In this document: one piece after another, positions 23,150 to 34,212 of the stretch
How positions within the stretch are numbered: position 1 is the first letter of the stretch
Layout of the letters: each line of letters begins with the position of its first letter
Source of the DNA: an uncultured Gilliamella sp.
GTDB taxonomy: Bacteria; Pseudomonadota; Gammaproteobacteria; Enterobacterales; Orbaceae
Direction: 5' to 3'
Assembly: GCA_946477995.1 (NCBI GenBank)
Contig: CAMLAI010000001.1
Span: 7,101-71,100, forward strand
DNA length: 64,000 bases
Translations under genes and position numbers: made by a program
The notes under the pieces: model-generated
Database searches by the model: none
What the model saw: the letters and a program-made list of their open reading frames with translations, nothing else
Told to the model about the DNA's origin: nothing

Positions 23150-23630
23150 AAGCGCTATCTAATGGTCCTTTCAAACAATTTTTTTAATCTTCCTTCTGCA
23201 ACATTGTCATCTGACTTGGCTTACCAAATATTCAGTTTTTGGGTTGCGAAGTTCGGGAAGTTCTTGTACTGAATTTGACAGCGTTCTTAATGGGGATCAA
23301 ATACCACAAAATCGGTGACACCACCGGCTACCTATCATCCCTTTGCCCCATGCGCCGACTTTTTGCAGTATTTTAATAAACTTACTTGCCTTCACTATAG
23401 GTGTATATACAAGATAACAAATTGACTCACGCCCATTAGTCAACGCGCCGGCGATGAAACCTGAGTGAGGTGTATGGAAATTTAGCGTTTCACCAATCGA
23501 TTTATCATGGATAATTTCTGCATAGACCCGAGGTAAAAAAACGGAAATACCCAATTAATTAAGGTGCTATCCCATAAAAATCAAAGTTGTTTTCTACCCA
23601 TCTCGTATCCCACCCAATGACAGAAAAATT
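23150..23630 (-). pseudogene. Possible degraded coding remnant of unknown identity
   Basis: Visibly more GC-rich than other intergenic DNA; short interrupted reading frames (85-aa ORF 23297-23554 plus adjoining fragments) with no recognisable family. Confidence 0.3.
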
Positions 23631-23738
23631 CAATTTATAAAATAGACATCAAACGACATTACATAGATAGTGAATGATTAACACCAAACCAGTTAATTTA
23701 TTACTATTTCTTTAAATGAAGACATGATTTATTTTCAC

Positions 23739-24671
23739 TTAATCATCAATAGTTAAATTACGTGTGGTTAAATCATATGGTGTTAATTGATAAACGTAAT
23801 AGTTCAGCCAATTACTAAATAATAAATAAGCATGGCTACGCCATGTCGCTTTAGGGGCTAACTCAGGATTATTGTCAGGAAAATAGTTATAAGGTATTTG
23901 TGGATTAATACCGGCTTTTAAATCACGAAAATATTCATTAGCTAACGTGAAAGAATCATATTCCGGATGGCCAGTCACAAACGCCATACGTTTATCGGCT
24001 GTTGCCATTAAATATGGTCCGGTTATCTCAGATTCTGCCAAAATGGTTAAATCAGTGTAATGTTTAATTTTATCAACAGGAAAATCAGCATAACGCGAAT
24101 GAGGGGCTAAGAAAGTATCGTCAAAACCGCGTGTTAAAATGGCATTAGGCTGAGCGATTTGGTGCTGATAAACCCCAGATAGTTTTTGGGTGCGTGTAAA
24201 TTTTGGCAAATCATATAAAACATTTAACGCTGCTTGTACCGCCCAACAAACAAATAAGGTGGAAGTCACATGATCTTTCGCCCATTTGATAATTTCAGTC
24301 AATTTAGGCCAATAAACAACATCTGAAAATGCAACTTTGCCTAATGGCGCACCGGTAATAATAAGCCCATCAAAATTCTGATCTTTTATATTATCAAAAT
24401 CACAATAAAAACTATTTAAATGCTCAGCCGGTGTATTTTTTGATTCGCGTTGATCAATACGTAATAGCTGGATATTAACTTGTAAAGATGAGTTGGAAAG
24501 TAAGCGTAAAAATTGATTTTCAGTCTCGATTTTTTTAGGCATTAAATTAAGAAAAAGAAGCTTGAGTGGACGAATTTCTTGAGTATTGGCCCGAGATGAA
24601 GTCATAACAAATACATTTTCATTACGTAATACATCAACCGCAGGTAATGAGTCAGGAATACAAATTGGCAT
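23739..24671 (-). CDS. metA: Homoserine O-succinyltransferase
   Basis: [20 protein letters not shown], catalytic CWA, PHSR, GHPEY; TGAPLG (Gly at the specificity position) indicates succinyl-CoA type. Confidence 0.95.
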   Translation of the reverse strand: MPICIPDSLPAVDVLRNENVFVMTSSRANTQEIRPLKLLFLNLMPKKIETENQFLRLLSNSSLQVNIQLLRIDQRESKNTPAEHLNSFYCDFDNIKDQNFDGLIITGAPLGKVAFSDVVYWPKLTEIIKWAKDHVTSTLFVCWAVQAALNVLYDLPKFTRTQKLSGVYQHQIAQPNAILTRGFDDTFLAPHSRYADFPVDKIKHYTDLTILAESEITGPYLMATADKRMAFVTGHPEYDSFTLANEYFRDLKAGINPQIPYNYFPDNNPELAPKATWRSHAYLLFSNWLNYYVYQLTPYDLTTRNLTIDD

Positions 24672-24717
24672 AACAAAAGCTCCTAAAAACAATGAGTTAT
24701 TTTTAAACACCTAAAAT

Positions 24718-24733
24718 AGACGTCTAGAAATCC
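24718..24733. promoter_or_regulatory. MetJ operator (Met boxes)
   Basis: Perfect AGACGTCT followed in register by degenerate AGAAATCC, about 47 bp upstream of metA. Confidence 0.8.
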
Positions 24734-24892
24734 ATATAGCTAAATATAGAGTGTTTTATATTATTTGTCGAGATTTTTATTTAATCAATTAGCTAACATA
24801 ATTCACAAAAAATCATGAGAATAGTTAACCGTTATTATAGGATAGATGAAAGCTTATCGAGCTAAAGATGATATAAGAAAAATCAATACACG

Positions 24893-25705
24893 TTAAAAAG
24901 CTCGGGTATCAGTTCGCCAGCTATCTGCGGTTAACGCTTCACCAAAATAACTATTAATTAATTTTTGGGTAATATCGCTTAACGGCGATGCTAACACTTC
25001 TGCTGTGTTACCATACTCAACAACATCCCCATTATGCATAACTAAAATTTCATCACTAATATGCTTCATCATACCAATATCTTGTGTGACATAAACATAA
25101 GAAATATTATGCTCGGCTTGTAGTGATAACATTAAGTTAACAATTTGAGAACGCATTGAAATATCTAACGCCGCCAAAGCTTCATCAAGAATAATGACTT
25201 TAGGTTTTAATATTAATGCCCTAGCTAATGCGACTCGCTGTTTTTGCCCCGCCGCCATAACCGAAGGATAATAAGCAGCATGCTCAGGTAATAACCCAAC
25301 TTGTTTTAATACATCACTAATTAATCTTTCACGCTCATAAGCATTATATTTAGTATTATGTTTTAAAGGTATTTCTAACAATTGACCAATGCGTAATCTT
25401 GGATCAAACGAACTTTCAACATGTTGAAATATCATGCGAATAAGTTGACAGCGATAATGATAATCGCCATATTCAACCTTATTACCGTCAAGCCAAATAT
25501 CGCCACTATCTGGTTTTATCATACCAACCAACATTTTAGCCAACGTCGATTTTCCCGATCCATTTTGCCCAATAATGGCTAACGTTTTTCCTTCATTTAA
25601 CGAAAAAGATACCGGATTAACAGCATTAATTAGCAGCGTACCCAACAAGCCTTTAGGTATTTTAAAACGCTTCGATAAATTACGCACTTTCAGTATTGGA
25701 TTCAT
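24893..25705 (-). CDS. sapF: Peptide ABC transporter ATPase SapF
   Basis: GQNGSGKS, GQKQRVALARAL, LDISMRSQ, C-terminal FGEALTADSWR. Confidence 0.92.
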   Translation of the reverse strand: MNPILKVRNLSKRFKIPKGLLGTLLINAVNPVSFSLNEGKTLAIIGQNGSGKSTLAKMLVGMIKPDSGDIWLDGNKVEYGDYHYRCQLIRMIFQHVESSFDPRLRIGQLLEIPLKHNTKYNAYERERLISDVLKQVGLLPEHAAYYPSVMAAGQKQRVALARALILKPKVIILDEALAALDISMRSQIVNLMLSLQAEHNISYVYVTQDIGMMKHISDEILVMHNGDVVEYGNTAEVLASPLSDITQKLINSYFGEALTADSWRTDTRAF

Positions 25706-25727
25706 GATCTGTTCCTATTTTATATAA

Positions 25728-26717
25728 CTACTCATCCATATTTAACGGAAAATGACAAGCAACAGAATGATCTTTTATCGAGATAAGGTCAGGTGCTTGA
25801 ATACATTTTTTTTGAGCATAAGGACATCGTGGACCTAAACGACAACCGATAGGTAAGTGTTCGAGTGATGGAATTACACCCGGAAGTGTATTTAATGGGC
25901 TTTTGTGTGGCATAGCTTTACCAAAATCAGGAATAGCATAAATTAAAGCTTGAGTATAAGGATGATAAGGCGATTTAATTAAATCTTCGCTGTCAGCAAT
26001 TTCAACCGTTTGCCCACAATAAAGGACATTGATCCGGTCGGTCCATCTGGTGACCATCTGTAAATCATGACTAATAAGTAAAATCGTCGTACCAATATTT
26101 TGATTCATACTGGCAAGTAATCTAAATATCTGCGCTTCTGTGGTTGCTTCCATCGCATTAGTTGGTTCATCCGCAATTAATAGTTTAGGTTGATTGGCTA
26201 ACGCAATAGCAATCATGACTTTTTGACACTCACCTTCTGTTAATTCAAACGGGTAAGATTTTAATATCTCTTTATGGTGTTTAATCCCTACTCGGTGCAG
26301 TAATTCAACTGCACGATTTTTGCGCCAAAATAGCCGCTGCCACCAATGTCCTTTAAACGTTCGCCTTGGAATTGCATCAACTAATTGCTGGCCAATTTTC
26401 ATAGACGGATCTAAACAAGATTGTGGTTCTTGAAATATCATCGAAATATGTGCGCTAATGACCTTGCGACGTTGCTTTGTCGTTAGTTTAAGTAAATCAA
26501 TATCATTAAAATAAAAACGATCGGCTGAAATCTTCCAATTATGATTCGTCACACCCAAAATAGCTTTAGCAATCAGACTTTTACCTGAACCCGATTCACC
26601 CACTAATCCACGAATTTCACCTTCTGATAATTTCAAATTAACACGATCTATCGCGCGTAATAGTCCATCTGGGGTGATAAATTCAATGGTTAAATTGCGA
26701 ATATCTAACAAAGCCAT
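25728..26717 (-). CDS. sapD: Peptide ABC transporter ATPase SapD
   Basis: [42 protein letters not shown]. Confidence 0.94.
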   Translation of the reverse strand: MALLDIRNLTIEFITPDGLLRAIDRVNLKLSEGEIRGLVGESGSGKSLIAKAILGVTNHNWKISADRFYFNDIDLLKLTTKQRRKVISAHISMIFQEPQSCLDPSMKIGQQLVDAIPRRTFKGHWWQRLFWRKNRAVELLHRVGIKHHKEILKSYPFELTEGECQKVMIAIALANQPKLLIADEPTNAMEATTEAQIFRLLASMNQNIGTTILLISHDLQMVTRWTDRINVLYCGQTVEIADSEDLIKSPYHPYTQALIYAIPDFGKAMPHKSPLNTLPGVIPSLEHLPIGCRLGPRCPYAQKKCIQAPDLISIKDHSVACHFPLNMDE

Positions 26718-26719
26718 AA

Positions 26720-27580
26720 TTAATGTCCTGCTCGACGGCCATATAAACCAAAATTGAATAGATAAACAAACGTAATTGTCGCAGACACCGCTAAACCTGG
26801 AGCTAGAAATGCTAAATAATTACTATCAATAATATCTTTCATTTTAAACATCATCATACCTAAATCTGGTCGTGAAAGATCGTTGGCAAAGCCTAAAAAA
26901 GTGATAGTCGTTATGGCTAAAATAATTGAACCAAATAGCGAGACAATCTCAGTCAAATATACAGGTAAAATATTAGGTAAAATATAATGATTTAAAATTG
27001 AAAATGGCGATAAGCCATCAAGACGATATGCCGTGATATAAGTTTTATTCCATTCATTAATCGCCCGTTGATGAATATTATAAATAAAACGTGGCGTATA
27101 GGATAAGCCAACGACAAATAACATATTGGTGATATCATCTTCCCATAATAAGCTAATGACAATCACACCTAATAGTGGTGGAACTACCATACAAAATCGA
27201 AAAATAAATATGACAAATGGGCGTATAAACGAAACAAAAAACATAAGGTAATTAATTAAACCACCAATTACTACCACATAAAATACCGCTTTTAGTGTCA
27301 TTGATATTGTGGAACGATATCCAATAAGCAGATAATCAAAAATATCTTGCCCATTAGCATTGGTACCTAAAATATGATTCAAATCCCCATTTGCCCACCA
27401 AGCTGGCGGTAATAATGTTGGATAAATAGGATTTAAATTGGCATGAAAAAACCACTTCGTTGATAACGCCACAAAAGCGATAGCTAATATGCCATAAAAT
27501 CCGACAATTGAATAAAGATTACTATGCAATCGATTAAAGCATAATTTTATGTTTTTAAATAATTGTGCAACCTTAGACAT
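26720..27580 (-). CDS. sapC: Peptide ABC transporter permease SapC
   Basis: LLPP.W...G...HILGT...GQD motif, multiple TM helices, operon position. Confidence 0.8.
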   Translation of the reverse strand: MSKVAQLFKNIKLCFNRLHSNLYSIVGFYGILAIAFVALSTKWFFHANLNPIYPTLLPPAWWANGDLNHILGTNANGQDIFDYLLIGYRSTISMTLKAVFYVVVIGGLINYLMFFVSFIRPFVIFIFRFCMVVPPLLGVIVISLLWEDDITNMLFVVGLSYTPRFIYNIHQRAINEWNKTYITAYRLDGLSPFSILNHYILPNILPVYLTEIVSLFGSIILAITTITFLGFANDLSRPDLGMMMFKMKDIIDSNYLAFLAPGLAVSATITFVYLFNFGLYGRRAGH

Positions 27581-28508
27581 AGTGTTCCTTATGGCGCAAA
27601 GGATAGATAGCAATTGCCGTAATATCGCCTAATAAGGTGAGTAGGCTTATTACAGTACCACAAGCAAGAATCGCAATAGAAATAATAAAATAATTATGGT
27701 GATGATAAGCAATCATCACCCATTGCCCTAATCCCACTCGATTGAATAGAATTTCAATCACCATCGTTGAAAATAATAGTGTTGTTGTATTGTAAGTCAA
27801 TTGTGGAATTGTCGCAGGAATGGAATTAGGTAACAAATGGCGACGTAAAATTTTAAAAGGTGATCGCTCCCGAATAATCGCCATTTTAATATAATTTTGT
27901 CGTGAAGTACTTTTAACATTTTGACTGACTAACTGAATCGTCATAATGCTCGGTTGAATGGCTAAAATAATGATAGGCAATAACAAATGATGCAACTGAT
28001 CAAGCAGAGCGGGTAATTTGACTTTTTTAGATGAAATTAATATATCCAACAAAGAGGTACCAGTAATAGATGGTGATACATTAAAATTCATTGATACCGA
28101 CCAAGTAGGCGATAACAAGTACATAATAATGATAACCAGCATAACGATTGGGCAAGAATATAGCAATAAACTCACTAAACGAATGGCGGTATTTAACCAG
28201 TTAATATTGCTTAAACCCAGAAAGATACCTAAAGGTAATCCAACAAACAAAGCGACCAATAAAGCCAAAATACAAAGTTCAAATGTTGCCAACAGTGTAT
28301 GAAAAAACGGCACAGTTTCACCTGTTATCAATTTAAACTGCCCTTGAAGCAATTGCTTAAAAAAAGCACTGTAGGCATCAACAAAACTTAGACTATTGAA
28401 ATTAAACATTGAATTAGGCGCAAAATAGACTAAACAGAAGCTAATCTGAGCCAATACGCAGATAATAAATAAAAACGTCACTATTTTTTTGAAAATATAG
28501 ATAATCAT
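27573..28508 (-). CDS. sapB: Peptide ABC transporter permease SapB
   Basis: MIIY start, ATFELCILA, QNYIK.A..R, RH.LPN; operon position. Confidence 0.8.
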   Translation of the reverse strand: MIIYIFKKIVTFLFIICVLAQISFCLVYFAPNSMFNFNSLSFVDAYSAFFKQLLQGQFKLITGETVPFFHTLLATFELCILALLVALFVGLPLGIFLGLSNINWLNTAIRLVSLLLYSCPIVMLVIIIMYLLSPTWSVSMNFNVSPSITGTSLLDILISSKKVKLPALLDQLHHLLLPIIILAIQPSIMTIQLVSQNVKSTSRQNYIKMAIIRERSPFKILRRHLLPNSIPATIPQLTYNTTTLLFSTMVIEILFNRVGLGQWVMIAYHHHNYFIISIAILACGTVISLLTLLGDITAIAIYPLRHKEHYV

Positions 28509-28530
28509 TGTTTATCTTTATCGCTAGTAT

Positions 28531-28568
28531 AAATAAAACACGGTAGTAGCTATTACCGTGTTTTATTT
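28531..28568 (-). terminator. Intrinsic terminator of rne
   Basis: AAATAAAACACGGTA/TACCGTGTTTTATTT 15-bp inverted repeat. Confidence 0.8.
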
Positions 28569-28578
28569 AGTTGATTGA

Positions 28579-31296
28579 TTAATCAGGTATAACCGGTTTA
28601 CTTGCTGCGGCATAAGCATGATCTTGCGCACTTAAACCGCCAGCATTACCTTTTCCTTGATATTGATAATCCGCTTCTTGACGTGATTTTATACCCGTTT
28701 CCGATATCACATAATCAGGTGCAGGGGCTTTTGTCATCACTGACGAAGAGTAGCCGGTTGAATGCGTAATTGTATTATCCAATTTACTCTCATTGGTATT
28801 TTGTTCGATATCATTAAAATCAAACTGCAAATTACCTTCAGGTTGATTCGATACTGACACCGTATCATTAACCACTGCACCATCACTTGCTACTTGATCT
28901 TCTTTAATAATAATCGGCAATAATAATGAAGGTATCACTGCCACAGCAGTATTAGGTTCATCCTGAGTCAATTGACTATAATCAATCGATACGCGTCCTA
29001 AAGCTAATTCTAATGATGCCGCAGCAAATGGCAACGGCATTGGTGACTGCTTAAGTTCAGTATTTTTAACTCGTCGCTTATTACGTTGACCGTTCATACG
29101 TAAATGCCTTGATGTACGTCGTTGGCGTTTAGGTTGTACATCAGCAATAACATTATTATCCGTTGGTTCAGCGGCAATAACTGGCAACAATAAAGTTGGA
29201 ATAATGACTCTTTCATTTGTTGTTCCGCTTTCAATTTGATGTTGAGTAATTGTCTCAACATTTTTCACGCGAACGCTTTTGGTTAATGCGCGCTGTTGTC
29301 GTCTTGGTTTAACCTCTTTTGGCTTACTTGGTGCTGTTTCGTTCGCCACTTTATCTGCTTTCGTTGCATTAACAGTAGTTGCCGAATTTGCATGACTATT
29401 TTGTTTACTTCGACGATGATTAGTTTTATTACTCGCTTCTTTTACTACAGCTTCAGAAGAAGATGGCGTTGTCACTAACTCATTATTGGCGTTATTGATG
29501 GTATTATTTTGACGATTATTACGTTGACGCCTGTTATTTGAACGCTGATTATCGCGTCGTTTGGCCGGTTGAGGTTTGACTTCTGGCTGTGGTTTTTCTT
29601 TTTCACCTGCAAATAATTGGCGTATCTTACCGAATAACCCACCGAAAAAGCTTCCTGAATTTTCAGCTTTTTTAGTTTCAACCTTAACTTTTGTAATGGT
29701 ACTAGCTTCGACTTTAGGACCTGATAAGACCGCTTGTTCAACAACCACTTCCGTTGCCTGATCTTCTTCCTCTTCTTCAAGTTCACGGATCAATTTAGGC
29801 AGATTATAACTTAGTACATCAGTCTCTTCGCCACTTCGTTTACGAATCACTTTATAAAGTGGCGTTTCCATCTCTTCATCACCTGCTATGACAATTTTCA
29901 CATCTGGGTGCATTCTTTCAATATTAGTGATGGCGCGACGTTTTTCATTAAGTAAATAACTGGCAATAGGAACAGGAACAATTACATCAATCTGAACAGT
30001 ATTATCCTTCATTGCCTCTTCTTGGATTAATCGCAAGATAGAAAGTGATAATGAATTATTATCACGAACCGTACCCGTCCCTTGACAGCGAGGACAGATA
30101 TGATGCGTGGCTTCTCGTAATGAAGGACTTAAACGTTGACGTGACATTTCAAGTAAACCAAAGCGCGAAATACGAGTGGTTTGAATCCTTGCACGGTCAG
30201 TTTTCATCGCTTCTTTTAAACGATTTTCAACTTCGCGTTGGTTACGAATTGGGGTCATATCAATAAAATCGATAACAATTAACCCACCTAAATCGCGCAA
30301 ACGTAACTGACGGGCGATTTCCTCTGCGGCTTCAAGGTTAGTATTAAACGCGGTTTCTTCAATATCACTACCACGGATTGATTTGGCTGAGTTAATATCT
30401 ATCGCGGTTAAAGCTTCGGTTGCATCAATAACAATCGAACCACCAGAAGGTAAGCGAACTTCTCGCTGGAATGCTGATTCAATTTGTCCTTCGATTTGGA
30501 AATGATTAAATAACGGCACATCACCATCATAAAGTTTTAATCGGCTAACATATTCTACTCGCCCTAAATCAACAAGCCGTTTTTTAGCAATTTCAAGCAC
30601 TTTAGGGTTATCAATTAAGATATCGCCCACATCATCACGCAAATAATCACGAAATGCCCGAGTAATAATATCACTTTCTTTATGAATTAGGCTCGGCGCT
30701 GGATGATTTTTCGATTCGTTTTGGATCGCTGTCCAATAGTTAACTAATGCATCTAAATCTTGCTGTAACTCTTCTTGGCTTTTACCTACACCAGCAGTTC
30801 TAGCAATAACGCCCATACCTTTAGGTTTTTCAATCGCATCAATAATGCGTTTTAAATCGGCTCGCTCTTCACCCTCTATTCGTCGTGAAACCCCACCTGC
30901 ACGAGGATCGTTTGGCATTAAAACTAAATAACTCCCCGCTAAACTAATGTAAGTGGTAAGCGCTGCACCTTTTTTGCCACGAATTTCTTTTTCGATTTGA
31001 ATTAAAACTTCTTGGCCTTCTTGTAAATTTTTAATACTTCGACGACCAGTCACATTAGAGGGGAAATAGCTATCAGCAATCTCTTTTAGGGGTAAAAATC
31101 CATCACGTTCACCACCATAAGAAACAAAAGCCGCTTCCAAACTTGGATTAATTTTAGTAATTTTGCCTTTATAAATATTGGCCTTTTTTTGCTCATGCCC
31201 AAGACTTTCGATATCTAAATCATATAAGCGTTGGCCATCAACAAGAGCAACACGCAGCTCTTCTTGCTGGGTTGCGTTGATTAGCATTCTTTTCAT
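28579..31296 (-). CDS. rne: Ribonuclease E
   Basis: MKRMLINATQQEELRVA, DINSA, CPRCQGTG Zn link, amphipathic membrane helix, enolase- and PNPase-binding-like microdomains. Confidence 0.97.
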   Translation of the reverse strand: MKRMLINATQQEELRVALVDGQRLYDLDIESLGHEQKKANIYKGKITKINPSLEAAFVSYGGERDGFLPLKEIADSYFPSNVTGRRSIKNLQEGQEVLIQIEKEIRGKKGAALTTYISLAGSYLVLMPNDPRAGGVSRRIEGEERADLKRIIDAIEKPKGMGVIARTAGVGKSQEELQQDLDALVNYWTAIQNESKNHPAPSLIHKESDIITRAFRDYLRDDVGDILIDNPKVLEIAKKRLVDLGRVEYVSRLKLYDGDVPLFNHFQIEGQIESAFQREVRLPSGGSIVIDATEALTAIDINSAKSIRGSDIEETAFNTNLEAAEEIARQLRLRDLGGLIVIDFIDMTPIRNQREVENRLKEAMKTDRARIQTTRISRFGLLEMSRQRLSPSLREATHHICPRCQGTGTVRDNNSLSLSILRLIQEEAMKDNTVQIDVIVPVPIASYLLNEKRRAITNIERMHPDVKIVIAGDEEMETPLYKVIRKRSGEETDVLSYNLPKLIRELEEEEEDQATEVVVEQAVLSGPKVEASTITKVKVETKKAENSGSFFGGLFGKIRQLFAGEKEKPQPEVKPQPAKRRDNQRSNNRRQRNNRQNNTINNANNELVTTPSSSEAVVKEASNKTNHRRSKQNSHANSATTVNATKADKVANETAPSKPKEVKPRRQQRALTKSVRVKNVETITQHQIESGTTNERVIIPTLLLPVIAAEPTDNNVIADVQPKRQRRTSRHLRMNGQRNKRRVKNTELKQSPMPLPFAAASLELALGRVSIDYSQLTQDEPNTAVAVIPSLLLPIIIKEDQVASDGAVVNDTVSVSNQPEGNLQFDFNDIEQNTNESKLDNTITHSTGYSSSVMTKAPAPDYVISETGIKSRQEADYQYQGKGNAGGLSAQDHAYAAASKPVIPD

Positions 31297-31743
31297 TATT
31301 CTACACTCTTAATTAATCTTAATTAATTGTAGGTAGAACCTTACTATTAATAAGTGCTTATTTTCACAATGATCATTAATGGTACTTAACTAAATATTTT
31401 GATACGGTATTCATTATTTTAGTTGTGTTATTTTTGTTATTATTTTATGTGAATCCAATATCTGTTACACAATATCTATACAAAATTTTAGGCATCATTA
31501 GAATTCAAAAATCTTGCATACTTTTTGAACTATTCCTAAACATATAATTCATCGATATTATTACTTTGGTTAATTTGCAAACCGCAGTGAGGTTATCGAC
31601 CTTGGCTAACAAACTAAATCTTTATGTGATTGTTTAAAATAAACATATTATTTAATTATAATGATTCTACTTACGCTATTTTATTTTTGATAAATTGTAA
31701 TGTCTAACGCCATTGCTGCATTACAAGGATAAAAAATCCTGTC
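31297..31743 (-). ncRNA. rne 5' UTR autoregulatory leader (rne5-like)
   Basis: Minus strand GCAGCAATGGCGTTAGAC within hairpin 31695-31726 resembles E. coli rne hp2; 5' hairpin ACAAGGAT/ATCCTTGT at 31723-31743. Confidence 0.65.
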
Positions 31744-31745
31744 TT

Positions 31746-31774
31746 ATTATTAACGTTTCAGCAAAGGATAGCAA
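31746..31774 (-). promoter_or_regulatory. Sigma70 promoter of rne
   Basis: TTGCTA-N17-AATAAT on minus strand immediately upstream of the leader hairpins. Confidence 0.6.
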
Positions 31775-32038
31775 GTAAATTAAACTTCAAATTTTATAGA
31801 TAGTTAGCAAGTTATTTTAAATGCCTTATAAATACTGTTGAGTCAATAGTCAAAAACTAAGCTTATTCCCAATATACTTTATACTAAAACATCATAATAA
31901 CCTGAAATATTTTTACAGTTTTTTTATTCTGTGATTGATAACGCAAAATCGAGAATCAAAGCTCACTCGCTTAGTGCATATCTAAATCGATTGAGTATAA
32001 TGACTGTCAAACAATGGTTAAAGAGAACACCTTACTTT

Positions 32039-32572
32039 ATGGATAATTGTGAAAAAAATGCATTAGTCGAATTTACTTCACGTTGGATACATCAATTTGA
32101 TGGCGCGCCGCACAATGACGAACTCCACGCTCTGCCCTCTCCTTGTATCATAAAAACCCAAAATTTATCGGTTTATTGGCAACCTTTTTTATTACAGCCA
32201 CCGAAAAATCTAATGATTATTGAACAAGTCGTTGGTCTTAAATTACACCCAAGTGCTCATCTTTTTTATGGTAGCCAATATGCTGGCAATATGAGTGCAA
32301 TCTTTGACAATATTGAATTACTCTTAATACAAGCTTGGAATGATGATGATTTTTCGAATCTGGAACAAAATTTAATTGCGCATCTAACCCAACAAAAAAA
32401 ATTAAAAAGGATCCCCACTATTTTTATTGCGTCAACCAATGACAGTACCGAAATTATTGCAATAAATAATTTAACAGGGGAAGTCGTCAAAGAGGATTTG
32501 ATTAGTGGAGAATTGACAACGTTAAGTCAGGATTTAACCGCTTTTTTAAATAAATTAATTGTTACTTGTTAA
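32039..32572 (+). CDS. syd: SecY-interacting protein Syd
   Basis: PSPC, V.WQP, FYGSQYAG, Q.WNDDDF..L.QNLI.HL..QKKLK..PT.FIA, N.TGEV. Confidence 0.88.
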   Translation: MDNCEKNALVEFTSRWIHQFDGAPHNDELHALPSPCIIKTQNLSVYWQPFLLQPPKNLMIIEQVVGLKLHPSAHLFYGSQYAGNMSAIFDNIELLLIQAWNDDDFSNLEQNLIAHLTQQKKLKRIPTIFIASTNDSTEIIAINNLTGEVVKEDLISGELTTLSQDLTAFLNKLIVTC

Positions 32573-32701
32573 ACAATAATTGTATACCAATAACGCATTA
32601 ATTATATAGATAATAGACAAAATTAACTATTATCGAAATTGTATCTTACAAAATAATGTGTATATAATGCATTGAAAGTCATTAGATCAGATAGGTGAAT
32701 T

Positions 32702-33877
32702 ATGTTTGAAAATTTAACAGCAGCTCCCGCCGATCCCATTTTAGGATTAGCAGATCTTTATAATAAAGATGAACGCACTAACAAAATTAATCTTAGCGTT
32801 GGTGTTTACAAAGATGAAACAACTAAAACACCTATTTTAGAAAGTGTAAAAAAAGCAGAACACTTTTTATTAACTGATGAAACGACCAAAAGTTATTTAC
32901 CTATTGATGGTGTCAATGCTTTTAACGTAGCAACTCAAAAACTTCTGTTTGGTCGTGAAAATGAACGTGCAAGAACCGCGCAAGCGCCGGGTGGAACGGG
33001 TGCATTACGAATTATGGCCGACTTTTTAGCACGCCGAACTAAAGTAAAACGAGTTTGGGTCAGTAATCCATCTTGGCCAAATCATCGCAGTGTATTCCAA
33101 ACAGCAGGGCTTGAAGTGCGTGAATATCATTACTATGACCCACAAAACCATGAACTTAATTTTGATGCAATGATGAGTGATTTAAGTCTAGTTGCAGCTG
33201 GTGAAGCTGTGCTATTTCATGGTTGTTGCCATAATCCGACAGGCATTGATCCGACCACAGAACAATGGCAAGCCATTGCCGATTTAGCCTTAAAAAATGG
33301 TTGGTTACCGCTTTTTGATCTGGCTTATCAAGGTTTTGGTCAAGGCATTGAAGAAGATGTTTACGGATTAAAGTTGTTTGTCGAAAGTCAACCAGAACTA
33401 CTGATTGCTAGTTCTTATTCAAAAAACTTTGGCCTGTATAACGAACGCGTTGGCGCATTTACCTTAATTGCTGCCGATAGTGAAATTGCCGATCGCGCTT
33501 TTAGCCAAGTTAAAACCATTATTCGAGCAAATTACTCAAATCCACCTGCGCATGGTGCAAAAATCGTTTCTTATATTTTAAACAATGATGAATTAAAAGA
33601 AGAATGGATAGATGAATTAACCAATATGCGACAACGTATTCACCGTATGCGTCAATTATTTGTCAAAACCTTACAAGAAAAAGGCGCTAACCAAGATTTT
33701 AGTTTCATCGCTAAACAAAATGGTATGTTCTCATTTAGCGGTTTAAGTGAAGAACAAGTACTAAAATTGCGTAACGATTATGGCATTTATATTGTCAATT
33801 CAGGACGAATTAACGTTGCAGGCATGACGTTAGATAACATGTCAAGACTGTGTGAATCAATTGTAGAGGTTTTATAA
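32702..33877 (+). CDS. aspC: Aspartate aminotransferase
   Basis: [53 protein letters not shown]. Confidence 0.95.
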   Translation: MFENLTAAPADPILGLADLYNKDERTNKINLSVGVYKDETTKTPILESVKKAEHFLLTDETTKSYLPIDGVNAFNVATQKLLFGRENERARTAQAPGGTGALRIMADFLARRTKVKRVWVSNPSWPNHRSVFQTAGLEVREYHYYDPQNHELNFDAMMSDLSLVAAGEAVLFHGCCHNPTGIDPTTEQWQAIADLALKNGWLPLFDLAYQGFGQGIEEDVYGLKLFVESQPELLIASSYSKNFGLYNERVGAFTLIAADSEIADRAFSQVKTIIRANYSNPPAHGAKIVSYILNNDELKEEWIDELTNMRQRIHRMRQLFVKTLQEKGANQDFSFIAKQNGMFSFSGLSEEQVLKLRNDYGIYIVNSGRINVAGMTLDNMSRLCESIVEVL

Positions 33878-34113
33878 AATTTATTTTGCTATAAAATTGG
33901 GGTGAATTAATTCAATCTTTCATAAGATAAAATTAGTATCACCTACCGATTTTTTAGCAACTGCACCATATTACTGAAAATATAGCGGCTTGATAGCACT
34001 ATTTTCTGACCTTTTAAGGCATTGTATAACATCCATCCATAATTATCGTGCCATTATTCACAATATTGCTTCTTAAAATATCTTCTCCACTACAACACAT
34101 AACACGATATTCC

Positions 34114-34132
34114 TTTTAGTTATAACAATAGA
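34114..34132 (+). promoter_or_regulatory. Putative regulator site (copy 1) upstream of lyase operon
   Basis: TTTTAGTTATAACAATAGA, 17/19 identical to the minus-strand site at 39822-39840; both end about 80 bp before their start codons. Confidence 0.5.
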
Positions 34133-34212
34133 CAAACTGATTATTAGACGATGATCGAATTATTATGAATAATTATTAAACAGAGTAGAGAATAATTATT
34201 GAGGGTGATTTA

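Noticed and set aside
23221-23640. tmRNA, RNase P RNA, 6S RNA, CsrB, lysine riboswitch or group II intron
   Set aside because: None of the hallmark terminal or core motifs could be found by eye on either strand
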